Below the pieces are notes generated by a model, which did not search any database, had not been told where the DNA came from, and saw nothing but the letters and a program-made list of their open reading frames with translations. The position numbers were made by a program, and so were the translations under genes. This document shows, piece after piece, positions 11,047-24,300 of a stretch of DNA of 64,000 nucleotides. Position 1 is the first letter of the stretch, and each line of letters opens with the position of its first letter. The DNA is taken from the NCBI GenBank assembly GCA_002269645.1, contig NIVC01003378.1:36878-100877 (forward strand). The letters are read 5' to 3'. Source of the stretch: Macrostomum lignano. Taxonomy: Eukaryota.

Positions 11047-14000
11047 GGGTGATTCTCATCGAGAGGTTTCGGAGGTTTTGAGGTTTTTCAGAGGTTTCAT
11101 TTCAAACAAATATTTTCGCGCAAAATTTTTAATTCTGCACAAAATTTGAAAGGTTACTAAAATTTAGTAATGAATACAATTTTTCTTTAGAAAATAGCTC
11201 GAAGGTTTCGGATTCTTTTCAATTTTGCTTGTGATAGGTACGCGCGGAAATTATTTAACTATTTTTATACAGTGTTTTTAAAAATACACTACACACGACA
11301 CTGTTAATGTCCTCGTTCCCATTGGCTTTCGCCATTCACTATTTAATGTGCATGAATAAAATAAAAAACTTAGACAAAGGCGCTGCTTGAAATCTCATAA
11401 AACATAGACAGCTGTTTCACCCATTTTTCCGTTTTTACTTTTGAATGCTGCCATTTTGTATTCGAATTATGTTATGACATTGACGTACTGCATGCATACT
11501 ACACACATAAGTAAATAGCAGCAGTATTGCTGTCTCAATGTTTTTTTATAAATATCTAAGTGCCTGGAATTACAAATATGCTTCTTCTAGCAAAGCATTT
11601 TACTTTTAATGATAAAATTTATTTTAATTACTAAAAACTGTTAGATTTTCTCTTATAAATAACACTAGTTACCTTGCACAACTGTTCCTGCTGACCAAAG
11701 CGCTAACACTTTAAAATTAGTTCTTTTACAAACAAAATGTTTGCAGTAAGACTTTGTATTTTGTACATGCATTGCACCACCTTTGTTCGATGCTAATCTA
11801 TTTTGAGCAATAAGCTAGATAGCTGATACCAGTAGTTTTATTAGAGTTAAAACTAAAAAGTCATCAGACATAGTTTTTGGCATTATTTATTCGAAAATAA
11901 TATAATAATATAATATAATTTAATATAATATAATATAATTTCTTAAATTTTTAATGTGTTTTCTTCTTTAAAGATTGCAAGAGCAAATGCACAGGAAAAT
12001 CATTGTTTATTAACATTTAAAATTGTTTATGAAAAGTTATAGATGAAAGTATTCAATACCTTTTATTTCAACATGATTTGTTTCTGCTGCCAGCACCAAA
12101 GCCTAAACTACTACTTGCCTGGTCTCCTGCCTGCATTCTGAGCCTATTTACTAAGCTGTGTACAGGCCAACAATGCTTCATGTTTGTCTAACCTAATAAC
12201 AGGCATTATGGCATTCCATGTCCTATACCCACTTGTCGCAACTCGGTGCACCTAGCTCGCCACCCTTAGAGTTGTGGCAGACTGGTTGCTTTTGAGGTGG
12301 CAATTGGTTTGGTTATCAGCATACAGAAGATGGCTGTGCTAACCACAGCCTAGAGGCTAATCTACTGCGAACTGCCTTCAAGATGAGTGACCGAAGTTCT
12401 TCAACTGCTTGCTGGCCAACACAGGTGCTCCAGCCTTTGTTTTTGCAGGCATCGTCTTTCATATGCATTAACTCCCAAATTTAAGAACTTCACTTTCATC
12501 TGAGTAAATAAAAAGACAAGTCTTATATTCTCTCATGTACAGATTGGAAATTGAACTTTTAAAGTGTTTTGATTTGTGTTTTGTGTTTTGATTAGTGTAT
12601 AGTGTATTTATGCAATGTAACAGCAATGTATGGATAAATTTTGTATACATACTGATATTTAAAATAGAAAATGCTCCTTTGTTTTTGAAATGCATTCTTG
12701 TAATGTTCAATGTTTTAAAAAATGTAAGGCCTGAAAAAATAAGGCAAGGCCAAATTGGCAACCACCATGATGCTCATCAGCTTGGATCAAGCTTGCGCAG
12801 TTGGCCTACGCTGACTGACATTTGGATTATCTATCAGACTCAGAGTCTCGCCGCACTAAACCCTTCAAAAAACGTTAGCCAGCCTTTTTGAGATGCAGCA
12901 TAGCATTCCAGGTTCAATGGGCATGTCTATGAAAATTGCATCATAAATTGTCAAGACCACCAAGGTGAGACCTCAATATTAGGCTGAGGAACATGGGCGA
13001 TGCTTCTCAGTGCGCGATTTCCGTTAAGGTCAGCAAAGTGCAATCGGGCAGCCGCATTATGTCAGTTGTAGTGAGTTCCATTTGGATGAGTAACACTTAG
13101 CTGTTGCTGCTGCTGCTGGACAAAAATGATTGGCGCGAGTTCTCTTGGCACAATTCCCGCAGGGCAATCAGGTGGGCTCCAAATTCCTCTCCAAGCTTGG
13201 CACCAGCATGCCTGACATTGCTTTTCATGGCCTCCAATTGAGACTATCGAAACAGTTGATGCTGGAAGCCCAAAAATTCGACAATGGGACTTGGGTGCTG
13301 CAATGATGAGCAACAATGCTGAAGTTGAGCCGCATCAAAATGTCCTGTAGTTATGGGTAATAGTGAAATGAGGAATTTTATCTGTCTAATCATTGGAATG
13401 AACTTCCCTGAAAGGTCATGCTATAACTTTTGCTGAAAATTGCGCCATTAGGAATTTAGGGACACTAGCCATGTAACATGTAAGAATGTCATCACTTGCC
13501 TCAACCATTGGCTACCCTTGATCCTCACATATTGGAAAGATAGCATTATTTAGAAAATTTACTCACTTGGTGCAGTCAAGTGTAGTGAAGACCTTGGGGT
13601 GTCAAGAAAGACATTTGGTGGATTAATTTAATTGGCCTCTAGAAGCATATCATATTGTGCAATGGTGTTTTAGCAGGCCAATGCTTAGCACAAATTCCCA
13701 TAGAGTTTGATGGGCTCTGGGAAGATGGCATGATTGATCAAATAAAATACAATGTTAGTCTTATATACAAGCAAGTACTAAGCATCACAAGAAAATCTAA
13801 ATATTTATAGCCTTCTCCCTAACATGGTTTGAATAAAGCATTTCATTGGCATGATAATTACTGAAGTACATGTAAATAATAAGATAATATATTGGTTTAA
13901 TATTAAAACAGTTAACTTATAAAATAATAAAATTATTATTGAATAAAAATGTGATAACTAGGCATACATAAGTAGGAGCTACTATATAATATGAATATTT

Positions 14001-17000
14001 GCATTAAAAGACAAAGACTAAAACAAGTTACTAAAATATAAGATAATTAGAAATTTTACTCACCTATAACAATGTAAATTATAACTGAATATAAATAGCT
14101 ATTAATAAACTATATTTAAAATTTAAATTGTAAAAAATTCAGATCATTAGAGCCTTCAATTTTATAGGTAGAGGTAGAGCAGTAAAATGAATAAATTTTG
14201 CCACTTTCAAAGTTTTGTGAAGGAGATTTTCCCTAGGATTAGAGACCTAGGTAATAAAGATTTTTATGCTATGTGCAGTGTGTTAGGATTTAGGATAATG
14301 ATGTAAAAATAAAAAATATGCTTGTAAAGTAAAATGTAAAATAATAATATTAAATAATTGAAATATATTAAAATATAAAATTATTATACATTCTAGATGA
14401 CTAGTTAAATGGTTAGGGCTTTTTTATGACTAGGTCTATATTATTAGTAGGGCTGGCTTAAAAATTGATAGCTTTCTAACCAAAGACTAAGTCAAAAACA
14501 ATATGAAATTTGTATAGGTAAATAGTGTCTGTATTTAATCACATGGACAGGTCTAGTAAAAATTAAAATTAGGATAGTTACGAATATGCATTGAAAAGGA
14601 ACAACACACATTTGCGAGTATTCGCAACTTTGGGCTAATGAAATGAAAAGAAAACAATATGAAAATAATGCATAAAATGACATTACTAAGTCTTCCCTTA
14701 AAAACAGTTAAATAATTTCCGCGCGTACCTATCACAAGCAAAATTGAAAAGAATCCGAAACCTTCGAGCTATTTTCTAAAGTAAAATTGTATTCATTACT
14801 AAATTTTAGTAACCTTTCAAATTTTGTGCAGAATTAAAAATTTTGCGCGAAAATATTTGTTCGAAATGAAACCTCTAAAAAACCTCAAAACCTCCGAGGG
14901 TGTGTATAAAAGCTGGCACTGGCACATTGGACACATTGGACACCCCTTTTTATAACAAAATTAGATATGAAAATGCAGAATAAACTTGCGGAGATACTTT
15001 TAAATAATTTAAAAAATTGATAATAATAGAAATGACATCCTTGCTTTCGTGATAGATGATTTGTTAAATATTCTTTGTATTATCGTTTTTTGTACATGTT
15101 TAATTTGGCATTCGATTTTTTAAAATAATCGCACATGCAAAAACTGCAGCTTGCAATGCTATTACACTGTGATTTTACTACCCGAAGGTTCTGTACTACA
15201 GGCGTACCGATTTAATGCTAAATATGCCTGATATATGAAATGATCAAACTAATAGTCAGAACTCAATTTTCCATAAAATGATGAAGCATTCTGCTCTTAT
15301 AAAAAAACCACAACTTATTTTGTTAGGATTACTTCATGAAGAACGAACTTTGGATATTCCAAATTGCAAGTATTTCTATATTAAAAAAGTTAATACATTG
15401 GCAGATTATTTGATGAAAAAATTGCACCCAAAAAGTTTTTTTTACTTTGTAAGATGATGATTAAATTAATAATTTCCAAGCTTCTTCTTTTATTAGTTCA
15501 ATTACTTTTTGTATGATTTCAACCAACAAAAAAGGAATAGCTACTCAGTGAAAGTTCAAATTACAGTCTCTTCTTTATATACAATCCTTTTAAGAAAACA
15601 TTATTATGAATAATTTGCCAAGTCATGATATTTAAGAAATTGTGCTAATCATTTAAATTATGAGTTAAAAAATGCAAGCATATAAGTAAAAAATCTACCT
15701 CACAGACCAAGAAGTCTTTTTACTGAAAGTTTATATGTGACGCTTTGAAAAAACAACATATAAACCATCTTCACATAACATTTATTGTCATTTATTTCAG
15801 ACCTAAATCCTTTAGCACATAAATATTCTGCACGTATGTTGCAGGGTATACTTCCTTCTTCTAAAATCCTACAAATGCCACAAAGTTTTAATAGGCAAAT
15901 TTATTCGTATTGTTTATATTAATATTTCTATATTTATGAGAAGTTTTCCAATAAGAACAAGTTCCCAATCAGTAAAACACTATATTTTAATTCTAATGTC
16001 CAAAATTATGGCATTCTAAGGGACCAAGTGATAGGTTTTAAGCTACTATTAGCACCTGCATGATTTATTTATTTAATACCTACACATTCCTTAATGTCTA
16101 TAGTTCGCCTAATTGCCTAATTGCTAACCCTAATTCTAGCCTTCTTGGCTTACAAGTTTGAGTCTTCACAGCATATTATTCAATTCAAGCCCTACTAATT
16201 TTATTAGCCTCTCTTAATTTTATAAAATAATAATTTTCTTTAGTGTAACTGCTCCAAAAATTTCAACTTTAATTTAAGTGGTGTGCCGAAACACCACTTG
16301 CACCATTACAGCCGTCTATAATTTTTTTGTGCTAATTGGTTGACCACTTTCAATAATTTTCTTGGGTCAAGAGTGTGATATATGCATATTGCAGCATGAA
16401 TTTTTTAAAGAATCCCTAATTTTATACAAGGAATCATATATATTTATAGAAAGTTAGCTCTTAGAGTAGAGATAAAGTACATAAGACTATTAATAGCAAC
16501 TTTTCATACAATTGCTTATGGTAATGATTTCTATTGTTATAAAGTTACAAATAAATAAAAAGTCACATTGCATTTAAACTGTACTTTATGAGTTGTAAGC
16601 CTTTCAACTCAGAGTGCACTTCAATTGCTTTAATATACATTGCTAGATGTTATTTAGCATTTCTTTGTTATTTATCATTTAACTCATTGCATTGTTTAAT
16701 TGCTAATTTCATTTGCTCAGCTGCAATATTTATTACTTTTTTATTAATGCCAATGTTTGTAATACTTTTTCTCCCCATTTTTAGTGTTTGTGGTATTCTT
16801 TTGTCAAATTTTAATTTTCCGCTGTATCTATCTTTACAAAAAATTGTACCTGTAAACTTATGGTTTTTTGCTTACAATGGTACTGTACTAAATTATATTT
16901 ATTTCCTTGTTAGATTCTCTAAATTGAAAAAGTAATGCACTGCTTTATTATCATGCATATTGAATATTAAGGATAGTTAGTATTCCTTCCTTGAAAAAGA

Positions 17001-17687
17001 TTCTAGAGTTGGATTCTATTTGATAAGAGAATAAATAATTTATTGAGTTTAAATGTTTTTAAAACATTAATTAATTGCATTTTGATGGAAATCACAACTT
17101 AAAAAATTATTCGTTTTTTTATTTAAGACACGGGGGATTTTAAAAATCCATATTAACAGCAAATCAAACATTAACATTATGGGAGAGAGAGAGAGAGAAG
17201 GATTAGATTCACTTTCACCATTGCTGTTGATTTATGGAAAGGCAGTAAACAAGCCAGAGCAGCTGCAAATAGTCAAATATGCCATGTCCGGCAATAAAAT
17301 TCTGCAACTAGTCTGCTGCTCACTTTTTCCAACGTTTATTGAGGACAAGAAACGGCATTTAATGTTTCTATGTTTTCTGTAAGTGCACCAACTAGGTAAA
17401 TGAAAATGACGTACCGAAAGTAGTTCGACAATAAAGCAAGATAAGAAATGAATTTAAATGTAGAATAAAACTTGTTGATACTACCAATCTCATGGTTGTT
17501 AGAAGTATATGAAAAAGTGCAATTATAAATAAATATTTACATTTTTATTCGAAAGCCAAAGTATATTTATTCAAGCAAAACAACGATCAAAACTCGATTT
17601 TTGTTAACATAAGGGGTGTCCAATGTGCCAATGGTGCCCTGCTTTTATACAGACCCAACCTCCGAAACCTCTCGATGAGAATCACCC
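11047..17687. mobile_element. Long-TIR DNA transposon 'B' (about 3.9 kb net, about 215-bp TIRs, MULE-like), right TIR interrupted by A copy 2
   Basis: GGGTGATTCTCATCGAG... 11047 to about 11265 is the reverse complement of about 14701-14897 plus 17666-17687; TSD aagtcaaaa (17688-17696) versus aa[accc]gtcaaaa on the left. Confidence 0.8.
14898..17656. mobile_element. TIR element 'A', copy 2 (2759 bp), inverted relative to copy 1
   Basis: GGGT...ACCC termini; perfect 9-bp TSD aacctccga (14889-14897 and 17657-17665); a single copy of the site (tcggaggtt, 11069-11077) lies in the other TIR of B. Confidence 0.92.
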
Positions 17688-17860
17688 AAGTCAAAATGGT
17701 TGTCACTGGTACCATGCTGACTACAAAACTTTGCCTTCATGTGGGCCCAGGTGCCTTCAATGGTATTTGTGTGCACAGTTGGGTCTGAGTTGACTATTAA
17801 ATGATAGGTTGTCAGCCAATACATAGTCGACTCAGCATCAACTATTAACAGCACCAGATT
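17688..17860 (-). pseudogene. Merlin/IS1016 (IS1595-family) DDE transposase relic, 5' half of the split fragment
   Basis: HLIVNSDPTVHTNTIEGTWAHMKAKF..HGTSDNHF matches the family pattern H..VNH....vHTN.IEg.W...K....hG. Confidence 0.75.
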
Positions 17861-18132
17861 GCATGGTGACTGATCTCAAGGTCACAGGTCAGCCAATGGC
17901 TGCAAATTGGTAGAAGGTACAATATTATAAGCACTTGAGGTCATCTGGCCATGATTTACGCTGAATATAATGAAAATCGGGTCAAAATAATTTTACATGA
18001 GAAACTAAGACATTGCCTAAATGTTAAATATGAGTATAACTATAATTGTAGTATTTGACTAAAATTTAACAACTTTGTGGTATAGACAGTTGTATACCAT
18101 ACCATGCATGCAGTTATTCCAATATGGTGTAA

Positions 18133-18756
18133 GACCAAGATGGCCACACACCAAGATGGCCACACACCAAGATGGCCACACACCAAGATGGCCACAACAT
18201 TGAATATTTATTATATCTACTCTCTTTTTCTATCTATCATTAATTAGCAATATAATAGGCCTATATTAAATTATTTTTGTTTAATCAATTATATTCATAA
18301 ATACTGATACAATAATAGATTTGAAACTAATTAGGCCTACTTATAATACAAAACCTTTAATCTTTTTAGTGTCTGTGCCAATTTATTCTCTATCATCACA
18401 TCTATCAAATCTATCATGATCTGTTTATTAAGAAACTATTGCTAATGGTAATGCTAGCTATGCAAATAATTAGGATAAATATGTGAATGTCATAGGGTAT
18501 TTATTTTGTGCTAGGTTACTACTCTCTTCATATAGTAGATAAATAGATAGGCCTCTATAGGTCAGGCTACAATAAAAGCTAGGCTTAAGTCCAAAGGAAA
18601 TGATTATATTTATAATACATTTCTAGATATAATAATATCTATTTTCCTAATTACTAGGCTAAAAAAGGAAAGGAGTTAAATATATGTATCTAGTCTTATT
18701 ATTATCTATTTAGACATTTAGAGCTATGGCCATCTTGGTATGTGGCCATCTTGGTC
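18133..18756. repeat. MITE-like segment: four tandem 16-bp ccaagatggccacaca (18135-18196) and two inverted copies (18727-18756)
   Basis: Direct inspection; no TSD identified. Confidence 0.6.
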
Positions 18757-20384
18757 ATGCAGCCATTAGACTAAAGCACAATTAATATCATTTGGTAAAG
18801 GAATAGTGAAAATCAGTTCAGCTTTTTGGCCTTGAAAGATAACCAGGCCCAACTACAAATGTAAGCAAGATTTTGGTGTATTAGACTAGGCCCTAGCTAA
18901 GGGAAATAGTTTGCTAGTAAATAAAAAGTAATTATTTCTTACCTCTTATACTAACTGATGCTTTTCTTCTATTGTTATAAACTCCCATGGTGCCACTAAG
19001 TTGTTGCAGGTTTAATTTGTTTTTTTGCCTAAGAGAATTCTGCAGATGTCACAAATGATATTTAATGCATAATACCTAATATCCTACTAATCTTGGCCTC
19101 TCTAGTCTTTGTATATTCTTACTTAGGTCTCTCAACCTCAATGTCAAGGATCTTCAGAGACTACTATAACAATAACTAAGTCTTGCAAAGAAAGTTTCAA
19201 CCTTAGAAAATTTTCTTTCTTAAACAGATGACTATAGACTATAGAGTAAGAGAACTCAAGTGATTAAAACAAAAAACAGTAATAGAAATGGTATATTTAA
19301 TTTTTTGGCCAGGTAGGGCCTTTGTATACATTTTAGGGTTATACACTATTGGCTACAGTAAGTTTAAACAAATTTGATGATTAAAAAAAATTCTTGTATT
19401 TTAAACAAAATTTTTGACTGTTTCTGATTGGTTTAAAATATTAAAGAAAACTTTGGCTCTTAGTAAAGCCTACCTACTTAAAGTAGAAACAAATGAGCAT
19501 ATGAGTAAAAATGCCCCTATTACTTTCATAATTATTATGCAATTGTTATGCAATTTAAAGCAAATATTTATCTTGGTATCCACAGCTATTTTCTTATCAG
19601 TTAATTGGCTCTGCTCTGATGCATTGGTTATGAGTCTCCTTTGTGTGTATATTGAACAATAAAATCTGGCTTAGATCAAATTAAATTCAAAAAGCTAGTT
19701 TAACATATTTTTTCAAATATTTGATCTCTTTAGCAATGATTTAGAGATTATTAAAAATATGTAGGCCAATTTGGGCACATTTGACATCTATTGAGCCATT
19801 CTTTAAGGAATTCTTAAAGGAAGGAAAGGTAAAGGAATGGTGAAAATCAATTGATTCATTCTTTAGATAATTAATTACAAACATATAAGCAAACAAGCAA
19901 GATTTTCATTTTTTGTATATTAGATTAGAAGAAAAAGATGTGTGTATATTTATATAAGCTTATGTTTTATTATATGTATTACACCCTATTGCAGCCAATG
20001 GGCATTGTTATAGATAGCATTTGGCACAGATTGGCCCTAGTAATGTAGGCATAGTCTGGTTTAGGGAAGGGGGTATCTAGTGTGGTTTAGACTTGGCTAC
20101 AATAGGGGTATGACACATTGGCATTAAAGTTGCATTTGAAGGACCTGCAAACCATTGCTTCTTCTTTAAAATCTCTGTTTAACTTCAGTTACTTTAGCAA
20201 CAGGGTTCGATTCCAAGTTCAGTTGCATTAATTTGGGGCTAAATTGGTCTCTTGAAATTGCTTATTGCCTGTTTCATTATTAGAAAATCACAAGATGATA
20301 ACTTTTGCTCTGCTTCTGTTCAATTATTCTCAATTTACCATATACTACACTCATAAATTTCTAACAAACTTTGTGCATGCACTC

Positions 20385-20552
20385 ATGAACAAAATTCTAA
20401 GCTGTGCTTGTCGACCTAAGAAGTCGGTGGAGATCCGCACACTTGACTTCCGAAATCAGCACCTAGCGGAGGTTCCCGCAGATGCCTTCAAAAACGAAGC
20501 AACGCTCGAGGTCTTGCTGCTTGATCACAACAAGCTGACAGAACTGAGAAAG
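20385..20552 (+). CDS. LAP-family (Erbin/Densin/LET-413-type) LRR-PDZ protein, exon 1
   Basis: ATG MNKILSCACRP..LDFRNQHLAEVPADAF.NEATLEVLLLDHNKLTELRK, then GT donor; phase 0. Confidence 0.85.
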
Positions 20553-20647
20553 GTTGGACTCCAGTTTAAATTTTGGCAGCTTGTAGTTTATCATGTAGCA
20601 TGTTTGTAATCCATTGACGAAATTCTCTGAGTCCGTTTTTTCCACAG

Positions 20648-20765
20648 GAGCTGTTCTGCTGCCGCAGTCTGTTCAAGCTGTCTCTTTCCAACAATTGCCT
20701 CCAGTGCCTGCCCCCAAGCATTGGGAGCTTGTGCAACCTTGGCGAGTTGAGTCTGAAGAACAACA
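20648..20765 (+). CDS. LAP protein exon 2
   Basis: cag|ELFCCRSLFKLSLSNNCLQCLPPSIGSLCNLGELSLKNN|gtaagt; phase 0 to 1. Confidence 0.88.
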
Positions 20766-20835
20766 GTAAGTTGAACTAGACTGCCTTAGGTGAGATAGCA
20801 TCAGTGAATTTTGCCACCTACTGTGTTCATTTCAG

Positions 20836-20914
20836 GCTTGGTGGAGCTGCCGGATGAAATCAAGGCCTGCAAATACCTGCACACTTTAGATCTAAGCGGT
20901 AACTTGTTTGAAGT
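20836..20914 (+). CDS. LAP protein exon 3
   Basis: cag|LVELPDEIKACKYLHTLDLSGNLFE|gtaagt; phase 1 to 2. Confidence 0.88.
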
Positions 20915-20987
20915 GTAAGTCATGGCCAATGAGTGCAAGTTCAGCATATTGCTCAAAGCATTGTGACCTAAATACCAGCCTATATAT

Positions 20988-21197
20988 TGTAAGAGCCGAG
21001 AATTTAGAGTAAGTTTACGAAGTATATTTTGATGCACGATAATTTACGAGCGATTAAATAGTCAGCGATGATAGATCGATTAAAGTGACTCACCCAACTG
21101 GGGTGGTGGGCATGTACAGAGAAGAAAGCGAGATGCAAGTACATATACTAATAGAGCAGCCCCCACCCCGACGGCCCAAACCAAACGCAACCCTACA
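20988..21197 (-). repeat. 3' LTR of Gypsy-2
   Basis: Identical to 25802-26011. Confidence 0.95.
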
Positions 21198-21304
21198 TCA
21201 CTCTCCCCCAAGAAAAATACATGGGATAAAAAAACGGGATAAAACAAAAGCAAACAAAAAAAGTTCATGCAACGCGAAAAAAGTCCCGATCAGAAAAAAG
21301 CACG

Positions 21305-24300
21305 TCAACAGGTCGCCGTGTAAAAATCCGGCCGCCGGCGCTGCCTGCCCGACCGGCGCACCGTGTTGCCGGGTTCAGCCGCGTCCAGGTTGCGCAGCGG
21401 CTCCCAGGCGTCCGGGCCGGCCAGCTGGCCCGCGGCGTCCTCGACGCTCTGACAGTCGTCCTCGGTGGCCGGCTTGGCTGGCGGCCTGCCGCTCAGATTC
21501 GGTCGGTCGATAAAGCGCTTCAAGCGGTCGTGGTGGACCAGCAAGCGGCGCCTGCCGTTCACAGCCTGCAGCCGGTAGTTCACAGGGCTGACCTTCTTAA
21601 GGACGATGAACGGGCCGGACCACCGGCTCGACAGCGACTTGCACTGGCCGCGCTTCATCGCATGGTGCGTCAGCATCACTCGGTCACCGGTCTTGAAGTC
21701 GGTAGTCTCTGCCCCTAGGTTGTAGAACTCGTGCTGCGATTTCTGGGCCGTGTGCAGGTGCGCCCGCACTACCTGAAAGCCGCGCCTGATTCTCGCCTGC
21801 AGGTCCGCGCAGTCCTGCGGCTGGTCGCGCTGCCCACCGAGTGCCAAGTCGACCGGCAGTCTGGGCTCGATGCCGCGTAGCACTTTGAACGGCGACTCGC
21901 CCGTGGAGCTGTGCTCAGAGCTGCTGTAGGCCCACACGACATAGGGCAGCAGGGCGTCCCAGCTGGCCTGATTCTCTGAGCAGAATGCGGAGAGCATGTT
22001 GCCCAGCGTCCTATTGAACCTCTCGACGTTCCCGTTGCCGCTGGGGTGAAACGGTGAGGTCCTCGATTTTTCTGCTCCGAGCAGCGCGCAGGTCTGCTTG
22101 AAAACTTCGGCCTCAAACTGGCGACCTTGGTCCGAGTGCACGACCCCCGGAACTCCGTGCCGCAGCACCACACAGGTCACCAGAGCCTCGGCTACCGTCG
22201 TGGCGTCGATCTGGCTGAGGGCCGCCGCCTCCACCCACTTTGAAAATGGGTCGACAAAGCAGATGATGTAGCGCTTGCCAGACTCGGTGACTGGCAGTGG
22301 GCCCTTGATGTCGAGTTGCATGACAGCCCACGGCTTGGCCGGTAGCGGCTGCCGCACCAGCTCAGCGCGCGCTCGCTTTGGCGCTCCCTTGCGTCGTTGG
22401 CAGACCAGGCAGCTCCGCACCCAGTCCCGCACGTCCTCGCGCATGTCCGGCCACCAGGAACGCTCGCGCAGAGCCCGCAGCACCCGCCGCTGACCGAGGT
22501 GACCCGCGCTCGGCCGGTCGTGCGCCTGTTGCAGCAGCTCCGCTCTCATGTGCTGGGGGATCACCGGCAACCCGTTGTGGAGCAGTGCGCCGTCCGGTGA
22601 CAGCGTCAGACAGGGCAGCAGCTTCAGGACCGATGCACTCACCGCCGCCGGAACTTGAAAGTTGGGCTGGAGCATCGCGTGCCGAACCGCGTGCAGAACC
22701 TGGTCCTGGTCCTGCTCGTCAGGCAGATTAGCGATCTGGAACTGCACCGCCGCTGCTCGGCTGAGGGTGTCTGGCACGATGTTCTCCTTGCCGGGCCGGT
22801 ACAGGATTTCCAGGGGGAACTCCTGAATGAGCTGTAGCCAACGTGCCAGCCGACCGGTTGGCTCCTTCGCGTTGAGCAGCCCAGTGATCGGCTTGTGGTC
22901 GGTGAACACCTGGATCTTGCAGCTGTTGCTCAGGTACATGCGGAACTGCTTGAGGCTCCAAACAATCGCGAGCAGCTCCCGGTCCGTGGTGCTGTAGTTG
23001 CGCTCTGCCTTGCTCAGCGTCCGGGAAGCGTAGGCCACTGGCAGCTCCTGGCCGTCGCGCTCCTGGCTGAGCACCGCTCCCAAGGCCACAGCACTGCTGT
23101 CACAGCTGATGACGATAGGCCGGCTGAAGTCGGGCAGCTGGAGCACCGGGGCCTGGGTCAGCGCGTCCTTCAACTTGTTCAGCACCGCAGCATGCTCTGA
23201 CGTCCACACGAAGCCGCCGCCCGCGCCTTTCTGAGCCAGGTGATGCAGCGGTTTGGCAATGTCAGAGAAGTTGGGCACGAACCTGCGGTAGAAGCTGAGC
23301 ATGCCGATGATGCGTCGAACATCCTCCTCAGACTGCGGCTCCGGCATCCGCCTGATCGCCTCGACCTTCTCCGCGGCAGGTGCGATGCCGCTCTCAGAGA
23401 CTTGGTGACCTAGGTACGTGACGCTCCGGTAGGCAAAGAAGCTCTTGCCTGGGTTCAGCTTCAGCTTGGCAGACCGCAGTCGATGCAGCACCTTGGACAG
23501 TGACTGAACGTGGTTCTCAAAGTCCCTGTTGAAGATGATCAGGTCATCAATGTACGCGATGACCTCCTCCCAGCTCAGGCCGGTCATGATGAGCTCCATC
23601 ATTCGCTGGTACGTCGCAGGCGCGTTGCACATGCCGAATCCCATTTTGCGGAATTGCATCAGGCCGCTCGGAGTGTAGAACGCTGTCAACGGCCGATCCT
23701 CCTCTCTGACCTCCACCTGAAGGAAGCCTTGGCGCATGTCGATCGTAGAGAACCATGAGCAGCCAGCCAAGGAGTCGAGCGCTTGGTGCAAATGCGGCAG
23801 CGGGTGGGCGTCCTTCACTGTGAGGTTGTTCAGCGCCCGCCAGTCTACACAGACTCGGATGTCATTATTCTTCTTTCTGACGATTATCAGGTTGCTCGCC
23901 CACGGGCTGGTGGAGGGCTCGATGACGCCGTGTTGTCGCATCTGCTCCAGCTTCTCGTCCACTTGCCTCCTGAAGGCGTGAGGCACCCGCCGAGGCCGTT
24001 GGCGAATCGGGCGAGCGCCGTCGTCCAGCTCAATCTTGTGCTGCGCTGCGCTGCTCGTACCAACGTCGAACTCATGGACTGAGACCACGTCGGCAAATGC
24101 CCTCAGCAGCATTGCTAAACGGTTGCTGTCCTCCTCCGGCAGCTCCGGATTGATGTTGAACTGGTCTGCGGGGCCTCGCCACTCGTGCACGTCCTCGTCC
24201 TCGTCGATAACCTCCGCGCTCTCGAAGGTGCCGATGCTCTGGTTGGAGAACAGCGTGACCGGGCTGCAGCTGAGGTTGCACACCTGAACCGGAATCTTGC

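Noticed and set aside
12150-13350. Possible very old gag-like remnant inside element B (…GEEFGAHLIALRELC…)
   Set aside because: Only a weak resemblance over about 20 residues, with stops; needs an HMM search.
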